A stretch of 62,664 bases of DNA, filler included, from Choristocarpus tenellus KU-1152 (lineage: Eukaryota; Protista; Phaeophyceae): the NCBI GenBank assembly GCA_964200185.2. It is 13 parts of 13 records of this genome, joined end to end, with 100 filler letters (N's around TTAATTAATTAA, not from the genome) between each part and the next. Parts side by side here need not be neighbours in the genome. Positions count along the whole stretch, not along the records: positions 1 to 2,587 come from CAXNAD020026511.1; positions 2,688 to 6,536 come from CAXNAD020017582.1; positions 6,637 to 10,225 come from CAXNAD020019083.1; positions 10,326 to 17,465 come from CAXNAD020006626.1; 9 more parts are not named here. One strand, given 5' to 3'. Shown in pieces: positions 1 through 12,923 of this stretch. Position 1 is the first letter of the stretch. The number at the start of each line of letters is the position of its first letter. Both the position numbers and the translations under genes were made by a program. A model generated the notes under the pieces. It did no database searches. It had not been told where the DNA came from and saw nothing but the letters and a program-made list of their open reading frames with translations.

Positions 1-480
1 CGCTCGGGCTTTGGTGCGTATAGCACAGTTCCCTGGTGGTGGGTGCAACGAGAGCAACAGTAAGTGCATGGTAGGCCTCTTCGGCCATCGAGATATCATT
101 CGCACTGAAGCCGCCCGAGAGAAGTTCTTCGTAAGAGCATTCTTGATTGACTGGTCTTTCACTTGTCAATGCATCCAAACAGTGAGTATATCGGCAATGC
201 ACGATGAAACGCCTCCGCCAGTCCCGGTAGTCCAAGTCATCCAATAGCTTCGGTGGTTGGGTTCTCGATCTCTTTGTCGTAGGGCGAACAATATGTGCGC
301 CTGTCCCCAAGCTCTCCGGAGAACCGAACCTCCGGCTTGCTCCACTTCTGATGCTCGCAGCATCCAAACTGTTTCCCCTCTCTGGGAAATTTGCCCTCAA
401 CATGGGTTCCATAGGATCCACTTCGACTGGTACGCCCCCAGCCGGAGGCCGTGTGCTGGGCACAGCGGCCTGGACGACGG
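1..480 (-). mobile_element. Decayed Ty1/Copia gag-like remnant
   Basis: A minus frame not in the ORF track reads ...PPKLLDDLDYRDWRRRFIVHCRYTHGLDALTSERP...AEEAYHALTVALVAPTTRELCYTHQSPS, which resembles the N-terminus of Copia gag. It runs off the window edge. Confidence 0.4.
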
Positions 481-1038
481 GATGGTCTCCGTCGTGATAA
501 CTCAACCACTAATTGATTGTGCCATTACTCCATACATATTTTGCCGTAACTGTCCGATAGAGTTGGAAGAGTCTAATCGAACAGTACTCTCACCCCACAC
601 ATTCTTTTTGGGAAAACAACACTCTTTCCAGTTCAAAAACACGCACCCCACTAACACCAGACACAACCCCTGTCTTAAACTTGCCATGCCTAAGGCACTG
701 TCATCTCGTCTTGGGCTCGTAACTCCCAATGGCACAACGAAGGATGCAATAATCGAGAGGATAAAGGCGAAGTACACGGTATTCAGGGCCAAGAATCTAA
801 TTACCGACGACTTCATCCTTGACACTTTCATGGCCGGCGAGTCGAACCCCATCTCGAGGAGGACAACAATAGAAGAGAACGACGACGAAGACTACACAGG
901 GTCTTCGGACAAGGCCAACACGAAGCGAAAGGTCAGTACGTGGTCATCAGGACCAAAGGGATGCGGTGGACACCACATGTGTGATGAAGTATTTTGCCTT
1001 CTCCTGTACTAATCCCCATCCCACATACTCCTGCAACA

Positions 1039-1320
1039 ACTATTATTGTGATATTGATCTTACGCCATTTACTTCATTTTAAGCAACGAATGGACTTTAT
1101 TTTGAAACTTGATCTTCCCCCGTATACTTCATTTTAAACAAGAGATTGACTATTATTGTGAAACTTGATCTTACCCCATGAAGTTCACTTTAAACAACAG
1201 ATGGGCTATTATCGTGATATTCCATCTTACCCCGTTTACTTCATTTTATACAGCAGATGCACCATTGTTGCGATACTTGTTATCTTACGCTGTTTACTTG
1301 ATTGTAATCAACAGATGGGG
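1039..1320. repeat. Degenerate minisatellite, ~55-bp unit x5
   Basis: Units start near 1039, 1094, 1149, 1205 and 1261. Consensus is about actattattgtgaaacttgatcttaccccgtttacttcattttaaacaacagatgg. Confidence 0.8.
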
Positions 1321-2039
1321 ATTTTAATGCTTCCTCCTCTCTTTTAGGTATCTCCTTTCTTTCAAATATTTTCACTTTACAACAGTAGTATTAATAATCA
1401 TACGTTATTATTAGCTGCCGTATGGCATTGGGACGGAGGGATGGAGTCCATGTATCTCTGGCCGAGGTTTCTCCTTGATTTTGAAGGATTTGACATGTTT
1501 GGGTATCAGGAGGGGGTCGATCGTATTCTTCTACTTCATCCGATTCTATCATTTGTTTCATCATCATCATCATCAATATATTATCGTTATTGAGTCACAC
1601 AGTAACATTTTTACTGATCCTGTCAGGAATCCCCATTGAATAGGGGGTGTCCGTCAAGGCAATGCTTGTCCTATTTGTAATTGTAGTAGTGCCAACAACA
1701 ACAGCAGAATATGTACTCAAACTAAATAAACTACTCCAAAAAAGTATTTCCTGATGATAAACACTACATGTTGGAACACAAGCACTTCGAACAAAATACT
1801 TGAAAGAAGTGTGAGATGGAACACGGTGTGACACATTAAATTGTGTGTTCATGTACGTGTTGGTTGTGGTATACGCACGGTTATTTCCGCAACAGAAAAC
1901 ACGTTACTTGCTAGTGAATGGCTCCCCCTCCTCGAACATATAAAACATGACCCCACATAACTACTACCCCCCCCGTCTGTACGACCAGGTACTATTCCCA
2001 CGGACAGAGGGGTTCCCCACACTCCTCGAGGTCCTCTTC

Positions 2040-2345
2040 ACCAACTTCCACGGTCATTTCTTCCTTCATCACAACACAACCATCTGGCAGGCACAGCAAT
2101 ATAAGCACTGCAAATCCCGCCTCCCGGAAGGTCACGCTGCCATGTCCATTGACTTCAGTTCCAAGCTTCCACACAGACATCAGGACCGAACACAGCAAGA
2201 CTTTTTCAATCTATTGCTGACAGTGCTCTTGACCATTGCTTGGTGGTTGAGGGACACGAGGGAAGGGGGAAATTTGGGAGGGGGGAGGATATGGGCTCAC
2301 AGCACTACAATTTGTAGTGCAGACCGGAGTCAGGACAATGAGTTT
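2040..2345 (+). mobile_element. DNA-transposase fragment, possibly Sola2-like
   Basis: HNTTIWQAQQYKHCKSRLPEGHAAMSIDFSSKLPHRHQDRTQQDFF...SADRSQD resembles the Q..F...K..L.......DF.E.Y....QD..QS...SDD..HD pattern I associate with Sola2-type transposases. Confidence 0.4.
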
Positions 2346-2587
2346 GACCAGAAGTTTACACCTGCAGACAGCCCTCAATATAATGGGGTTGCTGAACGAA
2401 TGCTGGGTATTAGTGATGAAGCTTCATTAGCTGCCCACCTTCAAGCTCCACTACCTTTTCCCCATGTCACCATCCCCAAGACTGACTCCCTATTGGCTGA
2501 AGCTCAACACTATGTTTGTGACTTGCTCAACCGCACGTCGACCACGGCTAACCCAGTTTGTAAATCACCATATGAAATGTGGTATGG
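2346..2587 (+). mobile_element. Copia integrase C-terminal fragment
   Basis: FTPADSPQYNGVAERMLG...LLAEAQHYVCDLLNRTSTTANPVCKSPYEMWYG matches the rve-core end (PQ.NGVAER, W.EA...A..L.NR, SPYE.W.G). Confidence 0.8.
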
Positions 2588-2687
2588 NNNNNNNNNNNNN
2601 NNNNNNNNNNNNNNNNNNNNNNNNNNNNNNNTTAATTAATTAANNNNNNNNNNNNNNNNNNNNNNNNNNNNNNNNNNNNNNNNNNNN
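2588..2687. other. Artificial contig linker (N44-TTAATTAATTAA-N44), first of 12
   Basis: Identical 100-bp linkers also at 6537-6636, 10226-10325, 17466-17565, 24021-24120, 31379-31478, 34464-34563, 42235-42334, 46490-46589, 50829-50928, 54245-54344 and 59056-59155. TTAATTAATTAA places stops in all six frames. Confidence 0.97.
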
Positions 2688-3399
2688 TGACCTCATAATG
2701 GGCTTTTGCAAGACCCCCCCACAACCAGCAACGAGAATCTAGCACCAACTTACTTGCCCATCTGCAGGCTGCCTCAAAACTGCTGAAGCTGATGCTGAAC
2801 AGAGGAAGAGGAAAGTATCGTAACATCAGATGGTGCAATACACCTCCTATTTCTCACTCAGTCACCAGGAATGGGAAATTTCCTAAACTAGTCACTGGCT
2901 TGCTCACTCCAAGGGTCTCAATGAAAATACCGTTCTCGAGATGCTGGAATCATTTCCCTTATTGGTTGATCTCCTTCTTACCCTATCCCCTACTCTTCCA
3001 CTCATTACCCCACATAGCACTAACAATGTTATCATAAATAACACATGCTTCAATTCTAACAATTCTTTTTCACTTACAAAAAAAAGTACATACATATTTA
3101 TATATATCAGCCTGTGTAGAATAATTACTTTCTTACCTTTTTCATTTTTTTTTCAAAATCTTGAAAATAAATTAACTCGTGTGTACAGTAAAGGTCCATC
3201 CACACAAAAAATCTAGTTCACAGAAGTGACAGTACTCTGTACACATACTAAAAAGAAACTCAAAGAGGATTTTTGTTTCACACACTTCATCACCAGCTTC
3301 AACCCTAACCCTATTATATCATAGCCCTCACGAAAAGCGTCTCTTCATTTGACCTCTCCTTGATATGTCTTTGATATGTCCAGTTAATCTTCCCCTCAC

Positions 3400-6166
3400 C
3401 AGTCTGTTCAGGCCCTGTATTGGTGAACGGTCACTGCCAGTTACAAACTTGAGAAGTTTTCGCTTCGACTCCTCCCCAAATGCATGTACAACCTGTGTCA
3501 GGCGTTGGGTTGCCAGGTCGAGATTGCAGAGAGAGAGAAATAAAAAAGTGTGGTTTGAGGGGTTCTTGTTATCTATTCTGCTACAAAAACATATAAATCT
3601 CTTCAGAAAATCAGTAACACAAAACCGTCACCCTTGTTTTTTTGTTCAAAGATGAAATAAAAATAAATTTCACTACACGATTAAAAATAAATAAACACTT
3701 CCTACTACTACTACTACTACTACTATTATTAATATTACTTGTGCAAAAGAACAGTGGGATGAAGCATCACCATAAAAAAAAATCGGAAAGCAGTAAGAGA
3801 AAAAGAGTGTTGTCAAGTTGCAAAAAAAATGTCGTACTTTTTTTCTTAGGAAACAAAAAAAAGTCAACACATTTTATTTTATTATTTTTTTGCACCAATA
3901 ACAACAAAACCATCACAATTAAAAATCAAAAAAGCGGCAAATTCTGGGAAGAGAGGCAGGCGTTTGCCAAAGGGTGGAGCGTGCACGGACACATAGATAC
4001 ATATTACATAGATACATACATGGAGGCACACATATGCAAGCACCACGAGAGGCATTAGAGGTGGCAGGAAAGGGCTATAAAACATGAATACTATTTATAC
4101 AAATGTATCAAGATATTTGAATATATATATGTATATATATATATATATATATATTTGAAGGAATCCCAGAGGCAAGAGAGAGGCCAGGGGGTACATGGGA
4201 GTGGGGTTTATTGGTTAAAGTCTATTATAGTCTGATCACAGTAGTACAGTACAACTAATACACCAGGTGTATGCCATTTTTTCATTTTTATGACACAAGA
4301 GGTTATGTAATCAAGCTAACAAAAGATAAAAATCAACACTTCATCCAGTACATAACAACAGGGAGAAGGAGAGCACTTGGTGCTTTCAATTGATTTTTCG
4401 GCACCACTTCTTACCCCAAAAAAGCAGGTCAGAGAGAGAGAGAGAGAGAGTGAGTGAGAGACTAGGGTTGAGAAATGGAGTATGGCGGGTGATGCCAGAC
4501 CTGACCGCTTGGTCATTCCCAGACATTACAATAAATAACAAATAATAGATACTTACATGCACCTTCCAATACCACAGTGTTAATATACACAGATTTAAAC
4601 CACATCAACAAACAGCAATCGATTAGTATGATCTACCACGTAGTTATCTACACACACAAAAGCTACCGCCTCCCTACATACTAAGCACGATGCTTCAAAG
4701 TGAGATAATACTTATTACTAGTATTAACAGTAGCACGCAACTAGGTACACATACTATTATAGTGATATCACTACATCACTACTACTACTGTACCAGGAAA
4801 GTAGTGTTAGGGCTAGAGATGAGATGGGGATAGCTGGGAAGGAGTGATAGGAGTGGTACCATCTAAGAGAGGGGAATAATTGAGTTCAAGGGACTATGCA
4901 TCTACCTTGTTCTGTTCTGTGCTGTGCTGTGTGTGTGTGTGTTTGAGCACAGTGGAGGGTATGTTTGGTCAACACTGTGCTCACAGGCAACCGTCTTCTA
5001 CAGTTACACCCTCCCAAGAGGGGTTAACTTGATTTCAGGCATGGGCACATCACGTACATTTTTCAACGCCTAAAAAGTTTTCCAAAAGTGTCAAAATTGA
5101 TCCCTCTCTTAGATGGTTGCACTCCAAGACAGTACTTCATACCAGAAACAGATCAATTAATACACCCACTGTAGTGCTATACTTAGTGCCTATTACTGTA
5201 CCTACCTCTCTATGTACAGATATACTACTGGCTTCAAGTGCAGGGAGGTATGGATAAAGCTGGTTCGGATGGATGGATGGTCAGATGCATGATTGGTGTT
5301 GAGTTGGTTTTTTTCCTACTGACACAAAATCAAAGGGTATTACGTTGGGAGGTTTGTGTTACCACCCCTCACTCTTACTATTCGAAATGGTCTCAATGCA
5401 GAAGGTCTAGCAATCTCTACATGGCATGCCCATCAGCTTCTCTGGGGGGTACATAATCATCTATCAATCACAGGTGGGCTGTGTTGGCCTCACGACTGCA
5501 AATCATATAGCAACTTTCAAATAATGTGGTGGAAGATAAGGTAGTTTTTCCTGTGTGTACTACTTTTACTACATGGTATTAATCAATATTTTCGTTGTTT
5601 TTTTGGGGGAGGGCCTGGGGGTTAGGGTTAGGGAGGCTATACAAATGATGTAATGACACAACTCACCACCATACCACCTCTGCATCCAACTGTGGCATTA
5701 ACAACATGATGTATGACATTCTGAGCACGAAGAGATGAACCCTGCACCAACAACAACATTAACAACATGCAGGCACAACTCAGGAATCCAAACCTCTGGC
5801 AGATAGTACACGAGTGCACATCAAAACTTGAGCAGTACCCAGCATGTCTCTGTCACATACCTGCAGTCTCACCCCCCTTGCCTCAGTCCAATATACCCCT
5901 ATTTCCTCCCCCCATCACAACACCTATTTCTGCCTAGTCTACACTTTTCCCCTCTAGCACAATCCCAGGATTTCCTTCCTCCCTCGAACACCCTCACCTC
6001 CCAAAAGTTAACAATAACAGGGCTACTTAAGTTATAATCATCCATGTACTGCGTGCTCCCCTCTAGGGCCTTGAAATCCAGACTGGGGTTGCCACAGATC
6101 AGCAGCTCCAGCTCTTGAGGGCTGAACAAGTGGAGAGCTCTGCCTCCCACTACCTTGTGGAAGCCC
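3400..6166 (-). CDS. HECT-domain E3 ubiquitin ligase, partial (exons 6166-5998 and 3492-3400)
   Basis: GFHKVVGGRALHLFSPQELELLICGNPSLDFKALEGSTQYMDDYNLSSPVIVNFWE joins in phase 0 to VVHAFGEESKRKLLKFVTGSDRSPIQGLNRL. These are HECT C-lobe motifs (LF.P.ELELLICG, LL.FVTGSDR.P). Both exons have GT/AG borders. Confidence 0.92.
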
Positions 6167-7021
6167 CTTTTTGCCCAAAAGCAATGCAGGGCAGGTATAG
6201 CGTGGGGGGTGGGGTAGAGGGTGGGTATGAACCATGTATCACAATGGTTAGGGTTAGGGTTAGATTCATGTATCACAATGTTGATTAGATTCTTCACTGA
6301 AACTCATGAGAGTGTGGGTGAGGGTGTGGGGTTGGGGAGGCAAGAGGGCACATACATTTATTGGAACATGAAAGTACAACCCTCCCCCTCTTTCTCCCCC
6401 TCGCCCACTGTTCCACAGTAGAAGTACATCCATACACCCAGAATGATCCTTAGTTACCCCCCACTAACAACAAAAAACCCTAAAAAAAAAAAAAAACAAA
6501 AACAAAAAGCACCCCCCCCCACCCCCCCCACCCCCCNNNNNNNNNNNNNNNNNNNNNNNNNNNNNNNNNNNNNNNNNNNNTTAATTAATTAANNNNNNNN
6601 NNNNNNNNNNNNNNNNNNNNNNNNNNNNNNNNNNNNCGTGGTATCTCAGCAGGTTAAAGAGGGGCTAAGTTTTGAGATTTTGTCAAAAACTATCTATTCA
6701 CGCCATCCACCCCCCCCCCCCCCCCCTCCCCATCTCCAATCTTCAAAGCTGGAAGAGCTCCATGGCACTGCATCATGTTGTTTTGCCCATCCCTTCAGTC
6801 CATGCTACCCATCCCTTCTCAGCTCCTCAATAGGAGTCTATTCGAGTTTTTCACAACCACTATGTCTGGGTGTTAGGGGCAAATCCCGGTAGTAGCAGTA
6901 GTTCATGCTCTGATGGGTGCAGCAAGCTGATGATGAAAATAGGACCACTTGTAACTCCAGTACTGCAAGAACTTCATCTCTTCTCTTGTGGCTGCTGAAA
7001 CACTGCTTTCAATTGTATCAG

Positions 7022-9817
7022 GCGGAAGCAATGTGGCAGCAGCTGGGCGATGTAGCCCTGGAGAAGGGTGAAATTGATGTTGCAGAGAGATGTGCTGCCG
7101 CATTGGGAGATGTGTCGCGGGCACGCTTCTTGCACAAGGTATTAAGCCCTGACCAAGAGCATAATCCTTACCCTTGTCTCCGGTTGTAGCTCTAGGCACA
7201 AATTAAACTTTGTCATTTCCTTTCATCTTGCCTAGCCTTGAGCATTCAGGCGTTTGCCCAATGACCATCTTTGATGACAATCAAACCAGCAGTTTTATCT
7301 GTAAGCCTGGGTTGCTTTTTAGTTCACAGCTTCATCTGAAATGTGAGCCTGCTCCTCATGGCATCAGTGAGTCCTGATTGGTGGGAAAGGTGCAAGAAGA
7401 GAACTACCTGGTATGAAAGCAATGAATGCACTTTCTGCAGTTGATAACCTGAATCTTGCCACATGAGGAGATTTCTCAATTAAGTGAAGAAACGTCTCTA
7501 CTATGAAACCCTGTAATCTCTTGGGAATTGGAGTGAGGACTGCTAGCTATGTTTCCACCAGGGTGGGACCATGCCGACAGTTTGTGTGTGTTCAAAGATT
7601 AGACCATATCCATATGATAGATCCATGGTTTGCAAATGTATTGGTGTTGTTACACCCGCCCTGAATTGTTATCTGAAAGCAGAACTTACATTGTTGACAG
7701 TACTGTGGGGTCAATACACTATGTGTGGGCATGAGTCAAGGTGACAGAATGAATAAGTCCAACAACATCTTTGGATTGGGCTTAACAAAGTTGGTAAGGG
7801 GTCATGGTAAAGGGCGATGAGGTTGGGTTGAACAACTCCGGGATGTATATAATATGTAGCACTTAGCGCTTCAGATTACACTTCAGAGCATAGCCTAGGT
7901 GGGTTTTGGTTCAGTATATTCTCCTCTGGTAAATATGTGATTGTAGATGGTGCACGGTATCAGACACCACAATAGACAATCTATCTCTCACTCTCTATCT
8001 CTCTCTCTATATGATGACTTCTGGCTAGGCCCTTACATTCGAGTACCAGTAGACAGGGATATCCCCAAGGACTACCCAAAGATGAGAGGCATAACTGCAA
8101 AGCACAAAACACTACCATGTATGCCGGAGTACTCTGAGTATGTGTCTAGAAAAAAAGAGGCCAATCCATATAATCTCATCCAACCCGGATTTAGCCCATT
8201 CCAACACCTCTTCAGATCTTGGCTATTCGATTGTGATTGCCTTAATGTGTACTGACAACGAAGGTTTTTTACAAGTACCCACATGTTGCCAACACATTTA
8301 GGTGTCCAAGAGCTTGGAGCCTGAATCAGGGTCGGAGGGTCCAGAGTCCGGAGGAAAGAAAATCCCCCAAGATCATTGGTCTGTTCGCCACCGCCTTGCC
8401 CTTCTGCGCAAGGTAAGAGCTCCAGCTCCAGTAGAGACGATTGATGTATTCTTCGAGGAATGTGGTACCATAGATCTATACATCACTAAACATATAGAAA
8501 TAGAGATACGCAAAACTTGGTAACTGATTATTGAGTGAAAGTATCTTAGAGGGTACGAATTTTTCCCTATTTGTCCGTTTGGGGCTTGACTTCTCGTGGG
8601 TTTTTATGACATTTTCCTATTCCGAAATGTTTTGGGGTAGGAAAAATGTACACGTTATGAAAAGTTGTGTCCGGAACAAGGATAATGACAATTCCTAACA
8701 ATCACGATAGCCAAAACTACATCAAAATCGCAACATTGGATTTTGGCCCCCAAATGAACACGGCTCTACCCTCTAAGATAATTTGACTCGCTGGGATGGG
8801 GGAGGTGAGGTGTAGAGGTGCAGGTGAATTCAGGCCTAAATTTTTTTTGATTTGAGTAACACAAAAATAATCACCCTTGGATGACTTGAGGTGTGTATAG
8901 GGATCTGGAGCTGTAACACAATGTTTTGAATGGGTGCAGATCGTTCCCATCTACTGGAATAGAAAAGGCAATGACAAGAATAGAAGGCCAACAGAGGATA
9001 GCAGAGAGACAGAGGCCTACATCAAACTACTACTCTGTACTCATTGCATTCTGGGAGAAGTGTTTTTGGGAGCAAGGTCTTTGTCTGTTGGTGCCCCAGA
9101 TGCCACATGAGCCACGAGTCAACCTGTGTACCAAGAGTTATATGGTTGGCAGCATTTGGGGCTGCGTGCATGATAGCAGGCCAGGCCATCATCGTCAAGA
9201 ATTCCCTGTGGAAGATAGTGTATGTATAATAGCTTTTGTAGTTAGCCACCATTTGTCAGGGCTCTTCAGGAGGAGGTTCAGGGTTAGGGTTAGGGTTTGG
9301 GTTTGGGTCCGCGAAATGACGAATTATTTCTGTCTGGATTACTGCTGTATCTAGGGGATTGTACTGGATGCGAGGATCAATTTGAGAAAATGCTGATGAC
9401 GAAGGCGGGGAAATGAGGGCAGGGAGGGAAGGTGTAGATCAGGGAGGGTTCCCTATTTAGTCCATACTTGCAACTGTGTATGTAGATGCTTCAGAGTACA
9501 GTATATCTCACTATGCCTTTTTGTTTCCTTTTAAACTTTTCTTGAACAAAGTGCCCCGCACTCTTACATCTCCCCTCGTACCTCTGTCCCCCACTGTGAA
9601 GGATCTGAACACAGCAGAGGACGTGTTGGTGGCCCAGGGCAAAGTGGACGAGGCGATTGCTATGCGGCACAACTTTCAACAGTACGAAGAGGCGCTATCC
9701 CTGGCCAAGAAGTATCATATTCCAGATGAAGATTTTGAAGACATGACGAGTCGTTACTTCAAGCTTCTTTTAGACACTAAACAGGAGGAACGAGCGGCTA
9801 TTCTCAAGGAGAAGGAG
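7022..9817 (+). CDS. IFT172: Intraflagellar transport protein 172, internal exons 7022-7138, 8302-8412, 9602-9817
   Basis: EAMWQQLGDVALEKGEIDVAERCAAALGDVSRARFLHK / ...DHWSVRHRLALLRK / DLNTAEDVLVAQGKVDEAIAM...YEEALSLA...YFKLLLDTKQEERAAILKEKE. This matches the IFT172 TPR-like region, and all three exons join in phase 0. Confidence 0.88.
8533..8789 (+). mobile_element. MITE family A copy (~255 bp), in an IFT172 intron
   Basis: TIRs GAGTGAAAGTATCTTAGAGGGTA...TACCCTCTAAGATAATTTGACTC. The internal sequence is shared with copies at 22740, 51489 and 59610. Confidence 0.85.
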
Positions 9818-10676
9818 GTCTGTTGAGAACCTTTTGAACTGCCCTATTTCCGACCCCCGCTCTTGCATTGATCTTCCCCTTACCCCTCCTACAGTTATCC
9901 TTGTAAACCCTTTCCTCAACAAATGCTCAGAGCTTCCGTACAGATGGCTGTTTTGGCATCCATATGATCGCCCCCTCTGACGACATTCTGCAGCCTTGGT
10001 TGTTCTTGATTGTTGCTGTACTATGTACAATACTCAACTTGAAGTACAATCTATGAGCGTTTAGATCAATACCTGCCCTGGCTTTGAGTTTTTCTCTTTC
10101 TATCAACAAATAAACTGCCGTGCCTAGGGTCCCAATCTCTTTCTGCCCCCCCCCCCTTTCCCCCCCCCCCCCCCCTTCCCCCCCCCCCCCCCCCTTCCCA
10201 TCCGACAAGGCCCCGCCTTAACCCCNNNNNNNNNNNNNNNNNNNNNNNNNNNNNNNNNNNNNNNNNNNNTTAATTAATTAANNNNNNNNNNNNNNNNNNN
10301 NNNNNNNNNNNNNNNNNNNNNNNNNCCCCCTCCCCCCCCTCCGTAAATGCCTCCCTGTGTTGTCTTGCGTTGCTACACAGAAAAAATGGTCCACCACTCA
10401 TCCAATAGAATTATACTAAAATTGTCAGGACAATTGAGACACTTTTGAGATACCAAGATGGTTTATGCACCAAATTAAACATGACACTTGTCATTAGTTT
10501 TTATCTCTTCCCTTCCCCATGGCCCCACCACCCAAAGCGAGCTAACTGTGTGCTAACCATCCTTCTCTATCTATCTCGGTAATCTGGACAACTACAGCAC
10601 CATATCCACCATGCAAGCTCATTGGAATAATGAATAATCTAGTTGACAGCATGTTTACAGTTACACATCATCTTAC

Positions 10677-12923
10677 CCTTGATGAACGCCCATGCCACAT
10701 GTAGCTTTTGACCCAGGAGATCACTGTCATCCAAATCTGCAATGGCCGATTCCGCCTCATCCTTTTCCTCAAACTCCACCAATGCATATCCCTTCCAACA
10801 AATACAAACACCAATAACCAGACAAGTATTAATCACAATATCAGGTGAGAAAGAAGGTAAAATATACCGAGACATGCAGAGTGAAGAGCGGGGAAGCAAG
10901 CAAGGGCAAGGGGGGAGGGGGGGGGGGCTGCTTATGATTGGGTGTGTACGTTGCCATTTTCTTGACACCATTCCAGTGGTCATGAACCCATGGCACATAC
11001 CTCAAAAATGGAATGTTTGCTGCTGCCACAATGTGTCGAATGAAACGTATGAAAAAAAAAAGAGGGAAAATAAAACTGCATAAAAAATTTAAAAAAAGTT
11101 CTGAAATGAAAAATCCTCCAGTACTAGCAAAATAAAATATTTTTTTGAAAAGGCGTTAAGTAGTACCATTGCATGCATACATAGATACATACATTTCTTT
11201 TTTTGTCTCTGTACCAAAAAAAAAAATCTATGCAAGGAGTTGCTACCTGCAATCACATGATTTGTTAAAATTTAGACCCTACCCCATCAAGCCCAGACCC
11301 TTCACACAACTTCACATTTTCTGTATCAAGCGACCCTTCAGAGTTTGAGGTTTAACCATAAAAAAATTTGATAACAAAAATAAATCGTGGGCGAAAGGCA
11401 TTGATTGGTCTACCAAGACAAAGAGCCGATTCAGCAAAAAATTAAATTGCAAACTCTTATTATCCTATACAGGTCGCTAGTGCTAGATCAAAACAACTCC
11501 GTCCAAAACAAAACTGGTTAACAAAACACTTCTAACCTTAACAAAACCAGTGCGCCTGTCTAGGTTGACATGTAGGTTCTTCACTGCCCCATATTCAGAG
11601 AATTTGTCCATGATATCATCCTCCTGTGCCTCCTGGTGGATGTTCCTCGCCAAAACAATCCACCCCTCCACACTACGCTGGGGTCCCCCTGTAACCCCCG
11701 CATCCACTGACTCAAACACGCCTCCCCGACCCTCGTATCTATTTTTTGTTGATAGAATTTTTTTTGGTGCAGGTGAGGAAAATGTACAGTACTTTGAAAA
11801 AATGTTTTTGTATCACAAATAAAGGGAAGCAGAGGAGGTGTTATTGGCAGGGAGTATGGGGGGGTGGCATACCCAATGTACAGGGAGAGTATCATGGAGG
11901 GAAAAGGCAGTCACATCTACACAAAAACGAAATTATGAGAGGTGATTGTAGATGCAGGGTACTGGAATCCACCCAATGAAGATAGATATCATAAGATGGA
12001 ATATATATTTTTTGGATTTGTAGGAGTTGCTACAACCCAGAACGGTGGTGCTGAGCAATTGAACTTCATATTCTTGTTATTGCTGTGCTTACATTTGGTG
12101 GGCAATATATATTTTTTAATGTCTTCCTGGTAGCTCTCTTTGTTTGATGTAACTGCTGACATGCCAGAAAAAGAACTGGTACTTGGCAAAAGGTGGAAAC
12201 ATTGAAAAAAAATTGTGTGCTCCTTATCTTGAACTTCAGATTGACTGCGTAATCCCATTAGAAAGAAAAAAAAAGGATTGAAGGTGTTTGTGAATTCATG
12301 GAAGATATTTACAGGAAGATGAGCCCGAGGATGGAAGGGAAGGGGGGTCAACACAAGACCGCATAAACATGACATAAGAATAAATGGGCATAACTGATTT
12401 TAATTTCCCCCTTCCTTCCTTGCCAATGGAACATACTCGCCACCCTCCCTTGTACTGATCACAACTTTAAAAAAAAACAGCTGTCTCAAGAGAAACATGC
12501 TCACTGCTTGTTGCGAAACAAATCATTTTCCTAACTTCTAATTTCCACTTGCCACTCCTCAGCTGAATGCTCAAGCACACACTTACAAGGGCACATCCAG
12601 CTCTAATGAGCCTCTTTCCCTATCCTCTGCACCCACCTACAAATATGATTGACAATTCAATACTCTCCGTCTCCTCCCAACACCAACCTGTCCTCCACCT
12701 CCATTGTAGAGTTGGAGTGTCCCCGACCCTTGGCCCTTGCTTTCGAGGCAGCGCTCTTTGTGGATTTTGCAGATGCCTCAGCAGCAGCTGCCAAAGATGA
12801 AGCCGCTGCGCGCCTGTCCGACCTTGGAGCCTCCCCCCCAGACGGCTCTTCCCCTGCACCATCTATATCATCCATCGGCTGCTCGTCATCATAGTCGGGC
12901 TCAAAGTCAACCTCATCAGCCAT
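10677..12923 (-). CDS. RBM8A: RNA-binding protein 8A / Y14 (exon-junction complex); exons 12923-12688, 11738-11537, 10791-10677; last exon missing
   Basis: [17 protein letters not shown]...KARAKGRGH...DR / [67 protein letters not shown] / [39 protein letters not shown]. Contains the diagnostic Y14 motifs PQRSVEGW and [15 protein letters not shown], and splice phases agree. Confidence 0.96.

Noticed and set aside
3642-4058. 138-aa ORF with a poly-Leu signal-like stretch
   Set aside because: It arises from a (CTA)n microsatellite and A-runs inside the HECT intron on the opposite strand.
3400-12923. Apparent cluster of HECT ligase, IFT172 and Y14
   Set aside because: The genes are on different contigs separated by linkers, so their neighbourhood is arbitrary. 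Only Y14 and Mago share a contig.
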